Assembly: GCF_037042905.1 (NCBI RefSeq) | Contig: NC_087246.1 | Location: 7,628,001 to 7,692,000, forward strand | Source: Lytechinus pictus | Taxonomy: Eukaryota | Direction of reading: 5' to 3' | Length of the DNA stretch: 64,000 nt | Part shown: positions 39,595-52,410 of the stretch, in pieces | Layout of the letters: each line of letters starts with the position of its first letter | Position numbering within the stretch: the stretch's first letter is position 1 | Translations under genes and position numbers: made by a program | The notes under the pieces: generated by a model | Told to the model about the DNA's origin: nothing | The model's database searches: none | The model's input: only the letters and a program-made list of their open reading frames with translations

Positions 39595-42500
39595 TAGTCT
39601 GGTCTGTTAGCGAAATTATGTGGACACGGTGGACAAAAGCGTGATTTTTTCTCCAGACCTTTGTTTATGTATAAGAATTAAGAATGGGGTATGCTCCAAA
39701 AAATCTGGCTGCAGGAACAGTGAAAAAATGGGTGAAAATGTCCGAATTTATGAGTCTAGATTTGTCTGATATATAGACTAGCGCTAGTGCAAAACTCAAT
39801 AGCAGTGCATTATTTTGCATTGAAATAGTTCTTGAATTCAGACCCTTTTTGAACAGATATTCTGTTTGTCCTCGCATCTCAATGCACCAAATATCTGAAT
39901 GGAGATGCTAACCATGCCGAAGGGTGACGTTGGAGGGGGTTGAATGTTGGTGTGTATGTACATATTTTGGTCTTGGGGTAAAGATGTTCAAGACAAATTT
40001 TTCGCATGTGTTGGAAATTGTGTTGCCATGGTAACAGTCTATTATGGCAAAATAAGGTAAAAATCTTGTAGTTTGACACTACTACCTCTGTTTTTAACCG
40101 ATTCTCATGAAATTTGGCGCACACATTGGTCTTGAGGTGAAGATGTCTAAGACACATTTTTGTGTGTCTTTCAGAAATCTTGTTGCCATGGTAACAACAT
40201 ATCATATGGTGAAAATTGGGAAAAACTTACAATTCAAACTGCTTCATCAGTTTTCAATCAATTGTCATGAAATTTGGCACACACATTGGTATTGAAGTAA
40301 AGATGTACAAGGCACTTTTTATGTGTGTTTCAGAAATTTTGTTGCCATGGTAACAACATATTATATGGCAAAATTTAGATTTTGAACCTTGGCCTTGGGG
40401 TATAAATGAGCAAGAACCATTTTTTTGCACTGATTTGTCAGATAGTGCATTGCCAGGGTAGCCACATATGATAGCCAGAAATGCAGGAAAACTCATTGTG
40501 GATCAAACTACTTCCCCTGTTTTTAGTCAGTGCTCATTAAAGTTGGAAGAAATATTCATCTTGTGGTAAAGATTTATATTAAATTATAAATGTCTTCTGT
40601 GCATTAAAATGTTCACGCCAGCGTGTGGGGGTATTAATCACCTTCATTAATATTTCTAGGTTTTGGGGAGGGGTGGGATTGGTCCTTAAAATCTGACATC
40701 AAAATAAAGGTCAAAGGCGGTGGCCATTAGAAACATAAAAATGATAAACACTCTTAAAAACGCATCCCCTCAAGGCATAGGCTGGAGGTACACTGGGTGA
40801 ATGTGAAACCTTCCGCTGAGGCAGAGGAGTTCCAACACTGGCAAGCAAAACGAAATGTGCACCCCTTCTACTTTCAACAGCTGATTTTCCAAGCCTTAGT
40901 TCCACCTCCCCAAGATGTTCACCCCTCCCCATACCACTTGTAGTTCTACCTCCCCATGCTCAAACCAGTCTGCACCTTTGCCCCTAAGGGGTCTTTGCAT
41001 TTTTAAAGCTAGACATTACTCTTCTTTTTTGTGCGGGGGGTCTTTAGAAAATGACCTCATAAAAGTTAAAGGATTATGACTAGGAACTTATAATCCCCCC
41101 CGAAAAAATAGGGGGCTGATTTTTTTTTGCAGAAAATGCCCCCCCCCCCCCTTAAAAGGTAAGAAGAGTCCTTTGCACTTCAGACCATTTATTTGAAGTT
41201 TAATGCATTCTGATTTGATAAAAAATTGTTTACAATACCCAATTTACCATTGTCTATTTATATTCTCCTACTCAGTCTTTTATTCATATTCATATTCCGT
41301 TCCTACTCTTTTTTTTAACTTTCAAATCCCTCTTGATTTTCAGCTTCACCATACCATCTCCTTCTGTTTCCTCTCTCTATCCAAGTATATTTTTCTGACA
41401 TATTTTGAAGTGTACCTTTAATCATGCAACTAATTATAGAAATATAAATATATACAAAAATCTCTGCACTTGTTTTAGAAATTCACTTGCAAATCCATGA
41501 CTCAATAACATACCATATCAAATATATACATATGTGCACAAGAGATTTTAGCCTTATATTTCCTTTCACTTCATTTTTCCAGTATATTTCTGTCACAGCC
41601 CCTGCTTTATACATCCTACATCTCCCATTGTCAAAAATGAATATGTTTCAGTAGCAAAATTTTTGGATGCAAACTCTGACTGTCATAAAAACAAGTGCAA
41701 ATAATTTTCCATTGGAGTATTAAAAGACAAACTTATAAGGGATATGACTACAATATAATTATATGTAGATAAACTTTTATTTCTCTACATATAATTATAT
41801 TCTAGTCATATCCCTTTCAGATGGTGGTAACCGCGGGAATAGGAAAACTCAGTGATAAAACTAAAATTTTCGCAGAGGATTTTCGGAAAATAACTACATC
41901 CATTTTTGTCAAGCAACAGTTATTCCATTCTGAATGCTGCAACCTTGTTTTATATGAATTTGATGTACCTTTACCAAAATGTAATATCATGACGGTCATT
42001 TCTTCAAAACTAGACATTGAATATTGCTAATAGTATCAACAGAGTGTAGCCAAAAATGATTATGAAGGAAAAAATGTCGTGGTATTATATTTCGGTGTAG
42101 GTGTAAGCATTCAGAATGGAATAATTGTTGTTAGATAATAATGAATTAAAATAGCAAAGAAAAATGTACTGAGAAAGGGAGGCAAAGGGGGGGGGGAGGA
42201 AACAAAACAAGAAGGTATGGTAAAGCTCAAGAGTGCAAAAGGTGATGAAAGACATAGTAGGAACTGAAATTAACAAAGACTGAGTAGAAGATAAATAAAC
42301 CATTGATTAATTGGACGCCAGAAACATTTTTTTTAAAGTAGCTGTTTTAGGCTTTAAATTGATATGCTGAAGTGTAAAGGATTTTTCACCCCCCCCTTTT
42401 TTTTGGGGGGGGAAGTTCCTAGTCGTAATAATTTCCTTTTACTCTTTTATGTTGCAATTTTCTAAAGTCGCCCCCCCCCCCAAAAAAAAAAATGGAAGGG

Positions 42501-44294
42501 GTGTTTTTTTAAGAGTGTTTAAGTTCCCAATAGTCATGGACTTTAACCTTCTATATGTTTATGTTGTCAGCTTTTAAGGACCTTCTCCGCCCCCCTCCCC
42601 CAATTGAAGGTGATTAATACCCTGCGCTATTATATGACGTTATAAATGGAATCCAACCCAAATAAACACTTGTTTTTAGAGGAAAATTAAAATCAGACAA
42701 GTTTTTATGTCATAGTTTGAACAATATCGGACAAACCATAAGAAATTTGTGAATATATAAAAGTTGTAAACATTGGTAATCACTATACCCATGAAGACTT
42801 CAAATTGACCGCATATATGATGTCATAGTGATGTAAGGCAAGGACCACTCTTCCATGTACTGGAATAATTAATTGGCTAAAATTTCTTTTGTCAAATGTT
42901 TTACTTCAAATTATATCTTTCTTTCATGAGGACATAAAACATTATACTACCGGGTTTATATTACGGCCCCAATGGAATAGGAATTTAGGAGAAAACCAAA
43001 AATCCTAATAATTAAGTACAAGTCTTATAGGAAAGTTTTCCTTGCGGCTTCATCCCTTGTCATAATTTACTTACCCAGTTGCCAATTTGAATTCTACATA
43101 TTAGTAGCCTTAGGGATCTTAATTTTAAAGCAGCCATAACTTTATTTTGCTTGTCCGATTTCTTTCAAACTTTCACCATTCTTATTTTTCTCCTTTTCCA
43201 TGCACATAATATTATGACCAAGGCTGGATTCCCTTTTAACACTGAATATGAATCTTTACCCAAAATGAATATTTGTGTCAACTTTTATCAGCATAGGCTG
43301 AAAACTGAGAAGTAGATTGATCCACAATGAGTTTCCCCATATTTCTGGCTATATGTGGTTACCAAGGCAATGTACTCTCTGACAAATGCAAAAAAAAAGA
43401 TTCTTGCACATCTTTACCTCAAGGCCAATGTGTGAGCCATAATTATTTCATGAGAATTGGTTCAAAACTGATGAAGTAGCTCAAATTGCAAGGTTTTTAC
43501 CTAAATTTTGCCATATAATATGTTGTTCCCATGGCAACACAATTTCTGAAACACACACAAAAAGTGTCTTGTACATCTTTGCTTCAATACCAATGTGTGT
43601 GCCAAATTTCATGACAATTGATTGAAAACTGATGAAGCAGTTTGAATTGTAAGTTTTTTCCCAATTTTCACCATATGATATGTTGTTACCATGGCAACAA
43701 GATTTCTGAAAGACACACAAATATATGTCTTAGACATCTTAACCTCAAGACCAATGTGTGTGCCAAATTTCATGAGAATCGGATGAAAACAGAGGAAGTA
43801 GTTCTAACAGCAAGATTTTTACCTTTTTTTGCAATGATACACTGTTACCATGGCAACACAATTTCCAACACATGCAAAAAATGTGTATCGCACATCTTTA
43901 CCCCGAGACCAAAATATGTACATACACACCAACATTCAACCCCCTCCAACGTCACCCTTCGGCTTGTTAAGCATCTGCTTTCAGATATTTGGTGCATTGA
44001 GATGGGAGGACAAACAGAAGATCTGTTCAAAAAGGGTCTGAATTCAAGAACTATTTCAATGCAAAATAATGCACTGCTATTGCGTTTTGCACTAGCGCTA
44101 GTCTATATATCAGACAAATCTAGACTCATAAATTTGGACATTTTCACCCATTTTTTCACTGTTCCTGCAGCCAGATTTTTTGGAGCATACCCCATTCTTA
44201 ATTCTTATACATAAACAATGGTCTGGAGAAAAAATCATGCTTTTGTCCACCGTGTCCACAAGTAGGGCATTTTTTAGGCTAACAGACCGGACTA
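39595..44294. mobile_element. Academ-like non-autonomous DNA transposon, 4.7 kb, long imperfect TIRs
   Basis: tta|TAGTCTGGTCTGTTAGC ... GCTAACAGACCGGACTA|tta; 3-bp TSD; arms contain ccatggcaac repeat units. Confidence 0.8.
42643..43236. mobile_element. Kolobok-like MITE nested in the Academ-like element
   Basis: taaatggaatccaacc ... ggctggattcccttttaa. Confidence 0.6.
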
Positions 44295-44499
44295 TTATAT
44301 CATAATTAGGTTTAATAAACCGTTCACTAAGGGTGAGTGAGCGGGTGATCTGGTGTATGTCAGAGGAGTAAGAGAGTGTACCACGTTGCACAATATACTT
44401 TTGTGAACGAACCTGCCCTAAAAGAGATATAAAAGTGAGGAGAAGCGTGGATTGGGTTCTGGAGACTGCGAGACGGCAGAACGCTATCCCGGCAGGGCC

Positions 44500-44597
44500 T
44501 AGCCTCTTGTCGAGGCCCTGGATCCTAATTCGCGAAGCGAATTAGGATCCCTCGCTTCGCTCGGGAATTAAGCAGCCAGGGCCTCGACAAGAGGCTA
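44500..44597. mobile_element. 98-bp AcademH-like MITE
   Basis: 22-bp perfect TIR tagcctcttgtcgaggccctgg; exact 9-bp TSD ggcagggcc (44491-44499, 44598-44606). Confidence 0.85.
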
Positions 44598-44621
44598 GGC
44601 AGGGCCCGGTTACGCTAGGCG

Positions 44622-44800
44622 TACTAGGCGTTGTGGCGTGCGCCTGTAATCCAAGCTGTGGGGAAGTTACAAATTGATGCAGAGGTTCGAGCCCTGGTCA
44701 CGTCTTTCGGATGGTGACGTTAAAGGTCGGTCCCAGACGTAAATAATCATATCTGATTGATACACGTCTGACAAAACTCAAATACACACACACACACACA
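44622..44800 (+). mobile_element. Candidate 7SL(SRP)-RNA-headed SINE, copy 1
   Basis: actaggcgttgtggcgtgcgcctgtaatccaagctgtggggaag head; B box ggttcgagccc; cgtctttcggatggtgacgttaaaggtcggtccc core; (CA)n tail. Confidence 0.75.
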
Positions 44801-44958
44801 CGCCTCACTGGTGGCAGCGGTGGGATTGAACAACGTGGTATTGGAAGCTCCCTGTATTACAGGGAGCGCCACGTATATTGACTATGAAGATCGCAAGGAG
44901 AGAGGTGAAAGGAGTGAGGGGAAAAGAAAGCGCCTACAAGTAGGAAGAGTGCCTGGAG

Positions 44959-45489
44959 CCTGGGGGGGGGGGGGGCACTCGATCAAAAAAGTAGTAGGCC
45001 TGTGCCGCTGGCGAGACAAAAAACGGGGGCCTAGGAGCGGGCTTACTGTAAAAAGGAGGGTCCTCGGAACGGGCTTCGGAACTACAAATGTTTGTGAAAA
45101 CTGGGGTCCTTGGAACGAGTCGCCTGCATGTGAGCGCGTATGCATCCCTATTAAACGTGCATGCAGCTAGCCCGGCGGCACGGGCGCCGGATGCGCTATA
45201 GCGCAGAGGCAATGTCGGACGGCGCTCTGCGTCCGCTTTCCACCAAAACTGCGGCTCATTGTAGCAGATCAATGCGGGCGGAAAATATGCGATGCCTTGG
45301 AGCGCATTTCTTTCTTCTTTTTTTCTCGATAAGAAGAAAATGCTATGCTTTGGAGCGGCTTTCTTTGTTCTTTTTCTCAATAAGACAAAAATGCTATGCC
45401 TTGGAACGAAAATTTGAATGTAAAAATGGGGGTCCCCTCCGCGGCACATACCCACTATGCATTATATACTGAGTGCCCCCCCCCCCAGG
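44959..45489. mobile_element. MITE with poly-G/poly-C termini and 8-bp TSD (superfamily not assigned)
   Basis: gcctggag|cctgggggg..gcactc ... gagtgccccc..cagg|gcctggag. Confidence 0.8.
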
Positions 45490-45524
45490 GCCTGGAGAGA
45501 GGCAAGAAGAGAGCGCCTACACAC

Positions 45525-45686
45525 TAGTCTACAACTGTAGACCCACATCTGCAGTGTGTGTATCACAGCTGATTCAAGGAGTCTGCATAGCAGACTAGGT
45601 CTACTGGAGCTCTGAAACGGCTCGCTTCGCTCGCCCTTTCAGGCTGGTTTGCTTCGCAAACCAGTTGTAGATCCCACTTCACGAGC

Positions 45687-45723
<37 letters not shown>

Positions 45724-45864
45724 TATATACTGCGCTTTTCCCAGAATGGCCCAAAGCGCTTACCACAAGAAAAAGAAATTAGTACAATTATAAAAATTAA
45801 ACCTTGCAATCCTAAAAATCTGGATTGGAAAAAAAAAAAAAATCAGAGTCTGCATAGCAGACTA
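45525..45864. mobile_element. AcademH-like MITE (composite)
   Basis: TAGTC..GACTA ends; 9-bp TSD cctacacac/cctacatac (one mismatch); internal gc-ttc-gc hairpins. Confidence 0.65.
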
Positions 45865-46027
45865 CCTACATACGTTGGTGAACAGCGCCTAATGTATGTG
45901 TGTAGCAGAGATAGCGCCTATACACCTTGGTGAATAGCGTCTCGTGTGTGTGTGTAGGCGACAGCGTGGATAGCGCCTATACATGTAAATCTATAGCGCC
46001 TAGGAAGGAAGCCTGGAGAGAGGCAAG

Positions 46028-46410
46028 AAGAGAGCGACTACGAGAATCAGGGTATTAATGGATAATTCATTTTACCTTTCCAATCATCGCAGAGCAAAAA
46101 CGGAAATCAACCTCTTGGTTTGGTCTTTGAAAAAAAAAATCACAACGAGAAAAACGTTTTATGATTTCGTTTTTATAGATCAAAAACAAAATATTGACAT
46201 CAGAAATACTTTTGGGCTCTTTCTGATTTCTCATTCTATAATTGTGTTTGTTATACATGTATATCAAAAACAAAATCAGAACACGCTCTCCGCTCCGTGA
46301 TTCTGTTTGGAAAAACGCAGACGGTGAAAACGAAATCGGAAACTCCCTTTTCCACTTCCTGCTCTGTGATTTTGTTTTTCGCACAGCCCACGGCCATCGA
46401 AATACGGTTT
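46028..46410 (+). repeat. Interspersed repeat starting cagggta(c/t)taatggataattc (probable DNA-transposon end)
   Basis: Related copies at about 37533-37680, 47268-47400 and 62310-62665. Confidence 0.75.
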
Positions 46411-47129
46411 CCGCGCGTCTCAGAGCCAGACTTGTCCTTTCTTTCAAGTATATATTAAAGAGCGCCCTCTACGTTTTCGATGGTTATACACGTGCATGCG
46501 TGAATAAATCTTCTCTCATATTATATCTTCTCTCACGTGAATATTAAATCTTCTCTCATACATCTTACTAGTAGTATTTCTTTATAACTGACAGGTTTCT
46601 TTACAGATTTTTTTTTGTGATACAACAATCAAGAAATAGTGAATAATTTGTTTGATATTAGGTTGTACTGTTTTGGACTGTTTTTCAATTAGACATATAT
46701 ACTATGTACATGTATGTATAAAATAATGTAAGAGAAAAGAATATGTATTCCTTATAATAATCATGGAATCAATCTTGTTAGAATAAATGTATATGAGATA
46801 TTTTAAGAACAAATTGAATTGATTTAGAATTTATTCATGACATTTTTTTACTTAATTTTCGTTAAGTACTGTGAAATGTGCGGATTTGTTGATCACAATA
46901 TTTGTACATTCTTAACCAAACTTTGTAATTATGGTTTAATTTGATTTGATATCGCTTTTTAATTTATGATAATGAATTTTATATTTTACTATGTTCAATT
47001 TTGTTTGATGAGAGAAAATAATAAAACATTTTTGAAAAAAATGCAGCGCAGTGCATGCATGTTGACCGACAGGAAGTTGGTTGGATATTCAAAATTCAAA
47101 CTGTAAAGATGGACAGTTTGATATTCAGC

Positions 47130-48735
47130 TTCGATATTAAAATTCGTGTAAAGTTGGGCCAATATTCGATATTCGATATTTTAAAAATTAAGGGTTTTGA
47201 AGACTAACTAGGGGATTTAACAGGTGGAGCGCGTCTCGGACAAACATAAAAACACTGGCTTGCCCAGCGAAAACGGAAATCAGCATCGTGTTTCGGTCTT
47301 TGAAAACAAAAACACAGCGAGAAAAAAACGTGCACTGATTTCGTTTTTGTTGATCAAAAACAGAATATTGAAATCTGAAACGTTTTTGGGCTCTTTCTGA
47401 TTTGTTAAATTAAAAAAATGCATTAAATATCCCTTTATTCCTTTAATTTTGTTAATTTCAGCCCCTAAACGTGCATGCACCGGGTCAAGTTAGTGTTTAG
47501 TGTTTTTTGTTCAAAGTGGCCCCAGCAATATCCCAATAGCCAAACCGGGGTAACCAGGTATACTAACTTGTAGAACGTGACTTGGGCAACCAGATAAACA
47601 CTAGCTTGACCCGGTTTGATGCACATTTACGGGGCTCAGATTTACAAAATTAAAGGAATAAAGGGCTATATAAAGCATTTTTTTATTTAAAGAAAATATT
47701 TTGGAGGGGTCTCAGGGGATATCCCGACGGCCTAACCGGGGTAACTAGGTATCCTAACTTGTAGAACTTGATTCGGGCAACAGGATAAACCCTACCTAGA
47801 CACAGTGCATGCACATTTAGGGGGGCTCAAATGAAGAAATTAAAGGAATGAAGCCCCATTTAAAACAATTATTAATTTAAAAAAAATGAGTGGTCTCAGG
47901 GGATATCCCGACGGCCTATCCGGGGTAACCAGGTGTCCTAACTTGTAGAACTTGATTCGGGCAACAAGATGAATACTAACTAGATACGGTGCATGCAAAT
48001 TTTGGTGGCTCAAATCAACAAAATTAAAGGAATAAAGGGCTCTTTCAAGCATTTTTTTAAACTATTTTTTTTCAAGGGGCCCCCAGGGATATCCCGACGT
48101 CCTAGCCGGAATAACCAGGTATCCTAACTGGCATTTTAACTGAGATTTATTTTTTAATCAACATTCAAAGCTGAATTTTCTTATGTTAATTGTTATAATA
48201 ACAATAATAATATAGGGTATTTATATTGCGCACATATCCACCTTGTCAGGTGCCCACGGCGCTTCTATATTACCCGGCTACGCTGGGCGTTCATAGCGCA
48301 CACAGCTTTTTAAAGAATTACTTCCTACCGGTACCCATTTACCTCACCTGGGTTGAGTGCAGCACATTGTGGATCAGATTCAGGTTTTACAAGTTAGGAT
48401 ACCTGGTTAATCCCGGCTTGGCCGTCAAAATATCGCTAATGCCCCTTGAAAATGAATACTTTTTTAAGTTAAATAAATGCTTTGTATAGCCATTTATTCC
48501 TTTATTTTGGCTAATTTGAGCCCCCTAAATGTGCATGCACTGGGTCAAAATTAGTTTTTATTTGGTTAGGGCTGGTTGGTCCCCTAAATGTTCCTGCACT
48601 TGGGCATGCCAGTGTTTTTATGTTTTCCGAGACGCACTCCACCTGTTAAATACCCTAGTTAGTCTTCAAAACCCTAGTTTTTAATATCGAATATCGAATA
48701 TTGTTCCAACTTCACTCGCATTTTAATATCGAACC
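47130..48735. repeat. Fold-back structure: inverted outer arms, ~180-bp tandem units in opposite orientations, SINE fragment inside
   Basis: 47130-47267 is the reverse complement of 48601-48735; gggatatcccgacggccta..caggtatcctaacttgtagaac units recur (also at 62680-63000). Confidence 0.75.
48200..48378 (-). mobile_element. tRNA-SINE 3' half
   Basis: Reverse complement of 32050-32204, plus a shared 3' flank at 48131-48200. Confidence 0.85.
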
Positions 48736-48749
48736 TAAAACATATTTAT

Positions 48750-50810
48750 TTTTGACAATGGGAGATATAGGATGTATAAAGCAGGGGCTGTGACAGAAAT
48801 ATACTGGAAAAATGAAGTGAAAGAAAATATAAGGCTAAAATCTCTTGTGCACATATGTATATTTTTTATATGGTATGTTAATGAATCATGGATTCGCAAG
48901 TGAATTTCTAAAACAAGTGCAGAGATTTTTGTATATTTATATTTCTATAATTAGTTGCATGATTAAAGGTACATTTCAAAATATGCCAGAAAAATATACT
49001 TGGAGAGAGAGGGGAACAGAAGGAGATGGTATGGTGAAGCTGAAAAATCAAGAGGGATTTGAAAGTTAAAAGAAAGAGTAGGAACGGAATATGAATATGA
49101 ATAAAAGACTGAGTATAGGAAAATATAAATAAACAATGGTTAATTGGGTATTGTAAACAAATTTTTATCAAATCAGAATGCATTAAACTTCAAATAAATG
49201 GTCTGAAGTGCAAAGGACTCTTCTTACCTTTTAGGGGGGCATTTTCTGCTAAAAAAATAATCAGCCCCCTATTTTTTAGGGGGGATTATAATAAGTTCCT
49301 AGTCATAATCCTTTAACTTTTATATGAGGTCATTTTCTAAAGACCCCCCGCACAAAAAAAGAAGAGTAATGTCTAGCTTTAAAAATGCAAAGACCCCTGA
49401 AGGGCAAAGGTATAGACTGGTTTGAGCATGGGAAGATAGAACTACAAGTGGTATGGGGAGGGGTGAACATCTTGGGGAGGTGGAACTAAGGTTTGGAAAA
49501 TCAGCTGTTGAAAGTAGAAGGGGTGCACATTTCGTTTTGCTTGCCAGTGTTGGAACTCCTCTGCCTCAGCGGAAGGTTTCACATTCACCCAGTGTACCTC
49601 CAGCTTATGCCTTGAGGGGATGCGTTTTTTAAGAGTGTTTATGTTCATAATGGCCACCGCCTTTAACCTTCGTTATTTTGATGTCAGATTTTAAGGACCA
49701 ATCCCGCCCCTCCCCCAAAACCTAGAAATATTAATGAAGGTGATTAATACCCCACACTCTGGCGTGAACATTTTAATGCACAGAAGACATTTATAATTTA
49801 ATATAATTTTTTACCCCAAGATGAATATTTCTTCCAACTTTTATGAGCACTGACTAAAAACAGGGGAAGTAGTTTGATCCACAATGAGTTTTCCTGCATT
49901 TCGGGCTATCATATGTGGCTACCCTGGCAATGCATGCACTCTCTGACAAATGCAAAAAAAAGGTTCTTGCTCATCTATACCCCAAGACCAATGTGTGACC
50001 AAATTTCACGAAATTTGGATCAAAATATAAATTTTGCCATATAATATGTTGTTACCATGGCAACAAAATTTCTGAAACACACACAAAAAGTGCTTTGTAC
50101 ATCTTTACTTCAATACCAATGTGTGTGCCAAATTTCATTACAATTGATTGAAAACTGATGAAGCAGTTTGAATTGTAAGATTTTTCCCAATTTTCACCAT
50201 ATGATATGTTGTTACCATGGCAACAAGATTTCTGAAAGACACACAAAAATGTGTCTTAGACATCTTCACCTCAAGACCAATGTGTGCGCCAAATTTCATG
50301 AGAATCGGTAAAAACAGAGGAAGTAGTGTCAAACTACAAGATTTTTACCTCATTTTGCCATAATACACTGTTACCATGGCAACACAATTTCCAACACATG
50401 CAAAAAATGTGTCTTGAACATCTTTACCCCGAGACCAAAATATGTACATACACACCAACATTCAACCCCCTCCAACGTCACCCTTCGGCATGGTTAGCAT
50501 CTGCATTCAGATATTTGGTGCATTGAGATGCGAGGACAAACTGAAGATCTGTTCAAAAAGGGTCTGAATTCAAGAACTAATCCAATGCAAAATAATGCAC
50601 TGCTATTGAGTTTTGCACTAGCATTAGTCTATATATCAGACAAATCTAGACTCATAAATTCGGACATTTTCACCCATTTTTTCACTGTTCCTGCAGCCAG
50701 ATTTTTTGGAGCATACCCCATTCTTAACCCTTGTACATAAACAAAGGTCTGGAGAAAAAATCACGCTTTTGTCCACCGTGTCCACATAATTTCGCTAACA
50801 GACCAGACTA
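48750..50810 (-). mobile_element. Inverted, truncated copy of the left ~2 kb of the 39595 Academ-like element
   Basis: Collinear reverse complement of 39595-41640, ending GCTAACAGACCAGACTA. Confidence 0.85.
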
Positions 50811-51705
50811 TTTCATGAAACTTCGCACATGGGTTCAGAGTAACACTATCCAAAAGGCGCGAAGACCAAAATGACCATTCGATACAGCACAGAGTAGGGC
50901 TTAGGCCTTGAACTTTCTTCTCATTTGCACAATTTTCGAATATTGTGTGCTCACTGATGCATTAAACATCGGGATTTTCATAAAAATCAAATCAAATGAA
51001 CTATGCAAGGAGGTTTGTGAGAGATATCCATAGTTACAAATTGCATTTTTTCCAATAACGTAAAAAAGAGCTTATCACATTCCACATGTTCATTCAAGCG
51101 TGAATGTTTAATGAAAACGCCTTTGAATCATTGAAGCATGTTAATTGGTCATGAACGCAACGAAAAAGTTGAGAATATATCATTTTCAGTTACCAGAATG
51201 AAACAATGCTTGCCTATGATATTTGAAAATCGTATATTTTGTTTTCAATAAATGTTCATTGAACCGTGAAGCGATTAATATTGTTAAAGATATTCTTACC
51301 AAAAATAACTGTCATCATATTCTATTATTTTATTGATAGAATGTGTAAAAAATCAAATTATTGCAAATGTGGACTTGTGTTTATTCAACCGTAAAATTTA
51401 GCCCAAAAAGTTGTATCGTCTTTTAGAAAGTACCTTTTACAAGCCGTCTGACTATTTTTTATGATGAGAATGTGGAATTAGTTCCAATAAAATGGAATCA
51501 AAGTCATGATATTTGGCTTGTTACTTTTGAAACGTGACATTTTTGCCTTATGACCATGCTCACTGAAGCGTGACGTAAGATACATCCATAACATTTACTC
51601 AGAGGGTAGCTTATAAAATTACCTACACGCTGATATAAAAATATATTAAAAACTCGCATTGGTTCGGAAATTATTGGTGTTTGTTTAGGGGGGAACTTAC
51701 TTTTT

Positions 51706-52379
51706 TTGTTGTGTATAGATGCTGTCTGCACAAAGGTGTCTCGCAGTGTAGGTGCTATTTATAGGTTAAAATCAATTTTACCTGAAATGATACTGATAAC
51801 AATATGCAATAGTATTGTTCTACCTTATTTGACACATTGTAATGTTGCCTGGGGAAATACTTTCAAGCCCTATCTTGATAAATTGAGAGTATTGCAGAAA
51901 AGGGCAATACGACTTATAACAAATTCTATTTATAGACATCCAAGTACTCCGTTATTTCTTTGTCTGAAAATGAAACCACTTAGTGAACTTGTGTCGTTCA
52001 ATTGTGCATTGTTCATGTTCAAACTACAAGCAATGCCCCAAGAATGTACCTTAAAAAATTATTTCTTCAGAATTCACAAATACATAATTATAATACACGT
52101 CAAAATGATCTTATTCATCAGCCATTTGCGAGAACAAATGTCACTCTGACCTCCTTTCATATATCATGTATTGGAGAGTGGAACAATTTACCTGTTGATA
52201 TAAAAAATAGTAAAACTCTTTTCATGATCAAAAGATTATCCAAAACTTACTTTCTAAACAGATTATGATTATTTTCCTTCAATATGTATTTTAAGTTGAT
52301 TTATTTGCATCTAAGTTCATGTCCTACTCAGAATTTATGTTTAGTATGTGCATATGTGGGAGAATGTAGTTATGTGTGG

Positions 52380-52410
<31 letters not shown>

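Larger units (their letters stand above)
44334..46025 (+). mobile_element. Short LTR + tRNA-Leu PBS + non-coding leader of an LTR retroelement, heavily interrupted
   Basis: TGAG..CTCA ends (44334-44807), TATA-like gatataaaag, 18-nt PBS TGGTGGCAGCGGTGGGAT at 44809-44826, downstream agcgccta repeats. Confidence 0.65.

Noticed and set aside
43642..44214. 190-aa ORF and similar ORFs at 39665-40496 and 50052-50740
   Set aside because: Chance frames in non-coding ccatggcaac repeat arms; frames differ between copies.
44700..44770. Pistol/twister-like ribozyme in the SINE core
   Set aside because: Only short motif resemblance; required pseudoknots not found. Better explained as a Nin/Deu-like domain.
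44811..45472. Overlapping ORFs of 87-173 aa
   Set aside because: Span a TSD-flanked MITE and GC-richer low-complexity sequence; no protein motifs.
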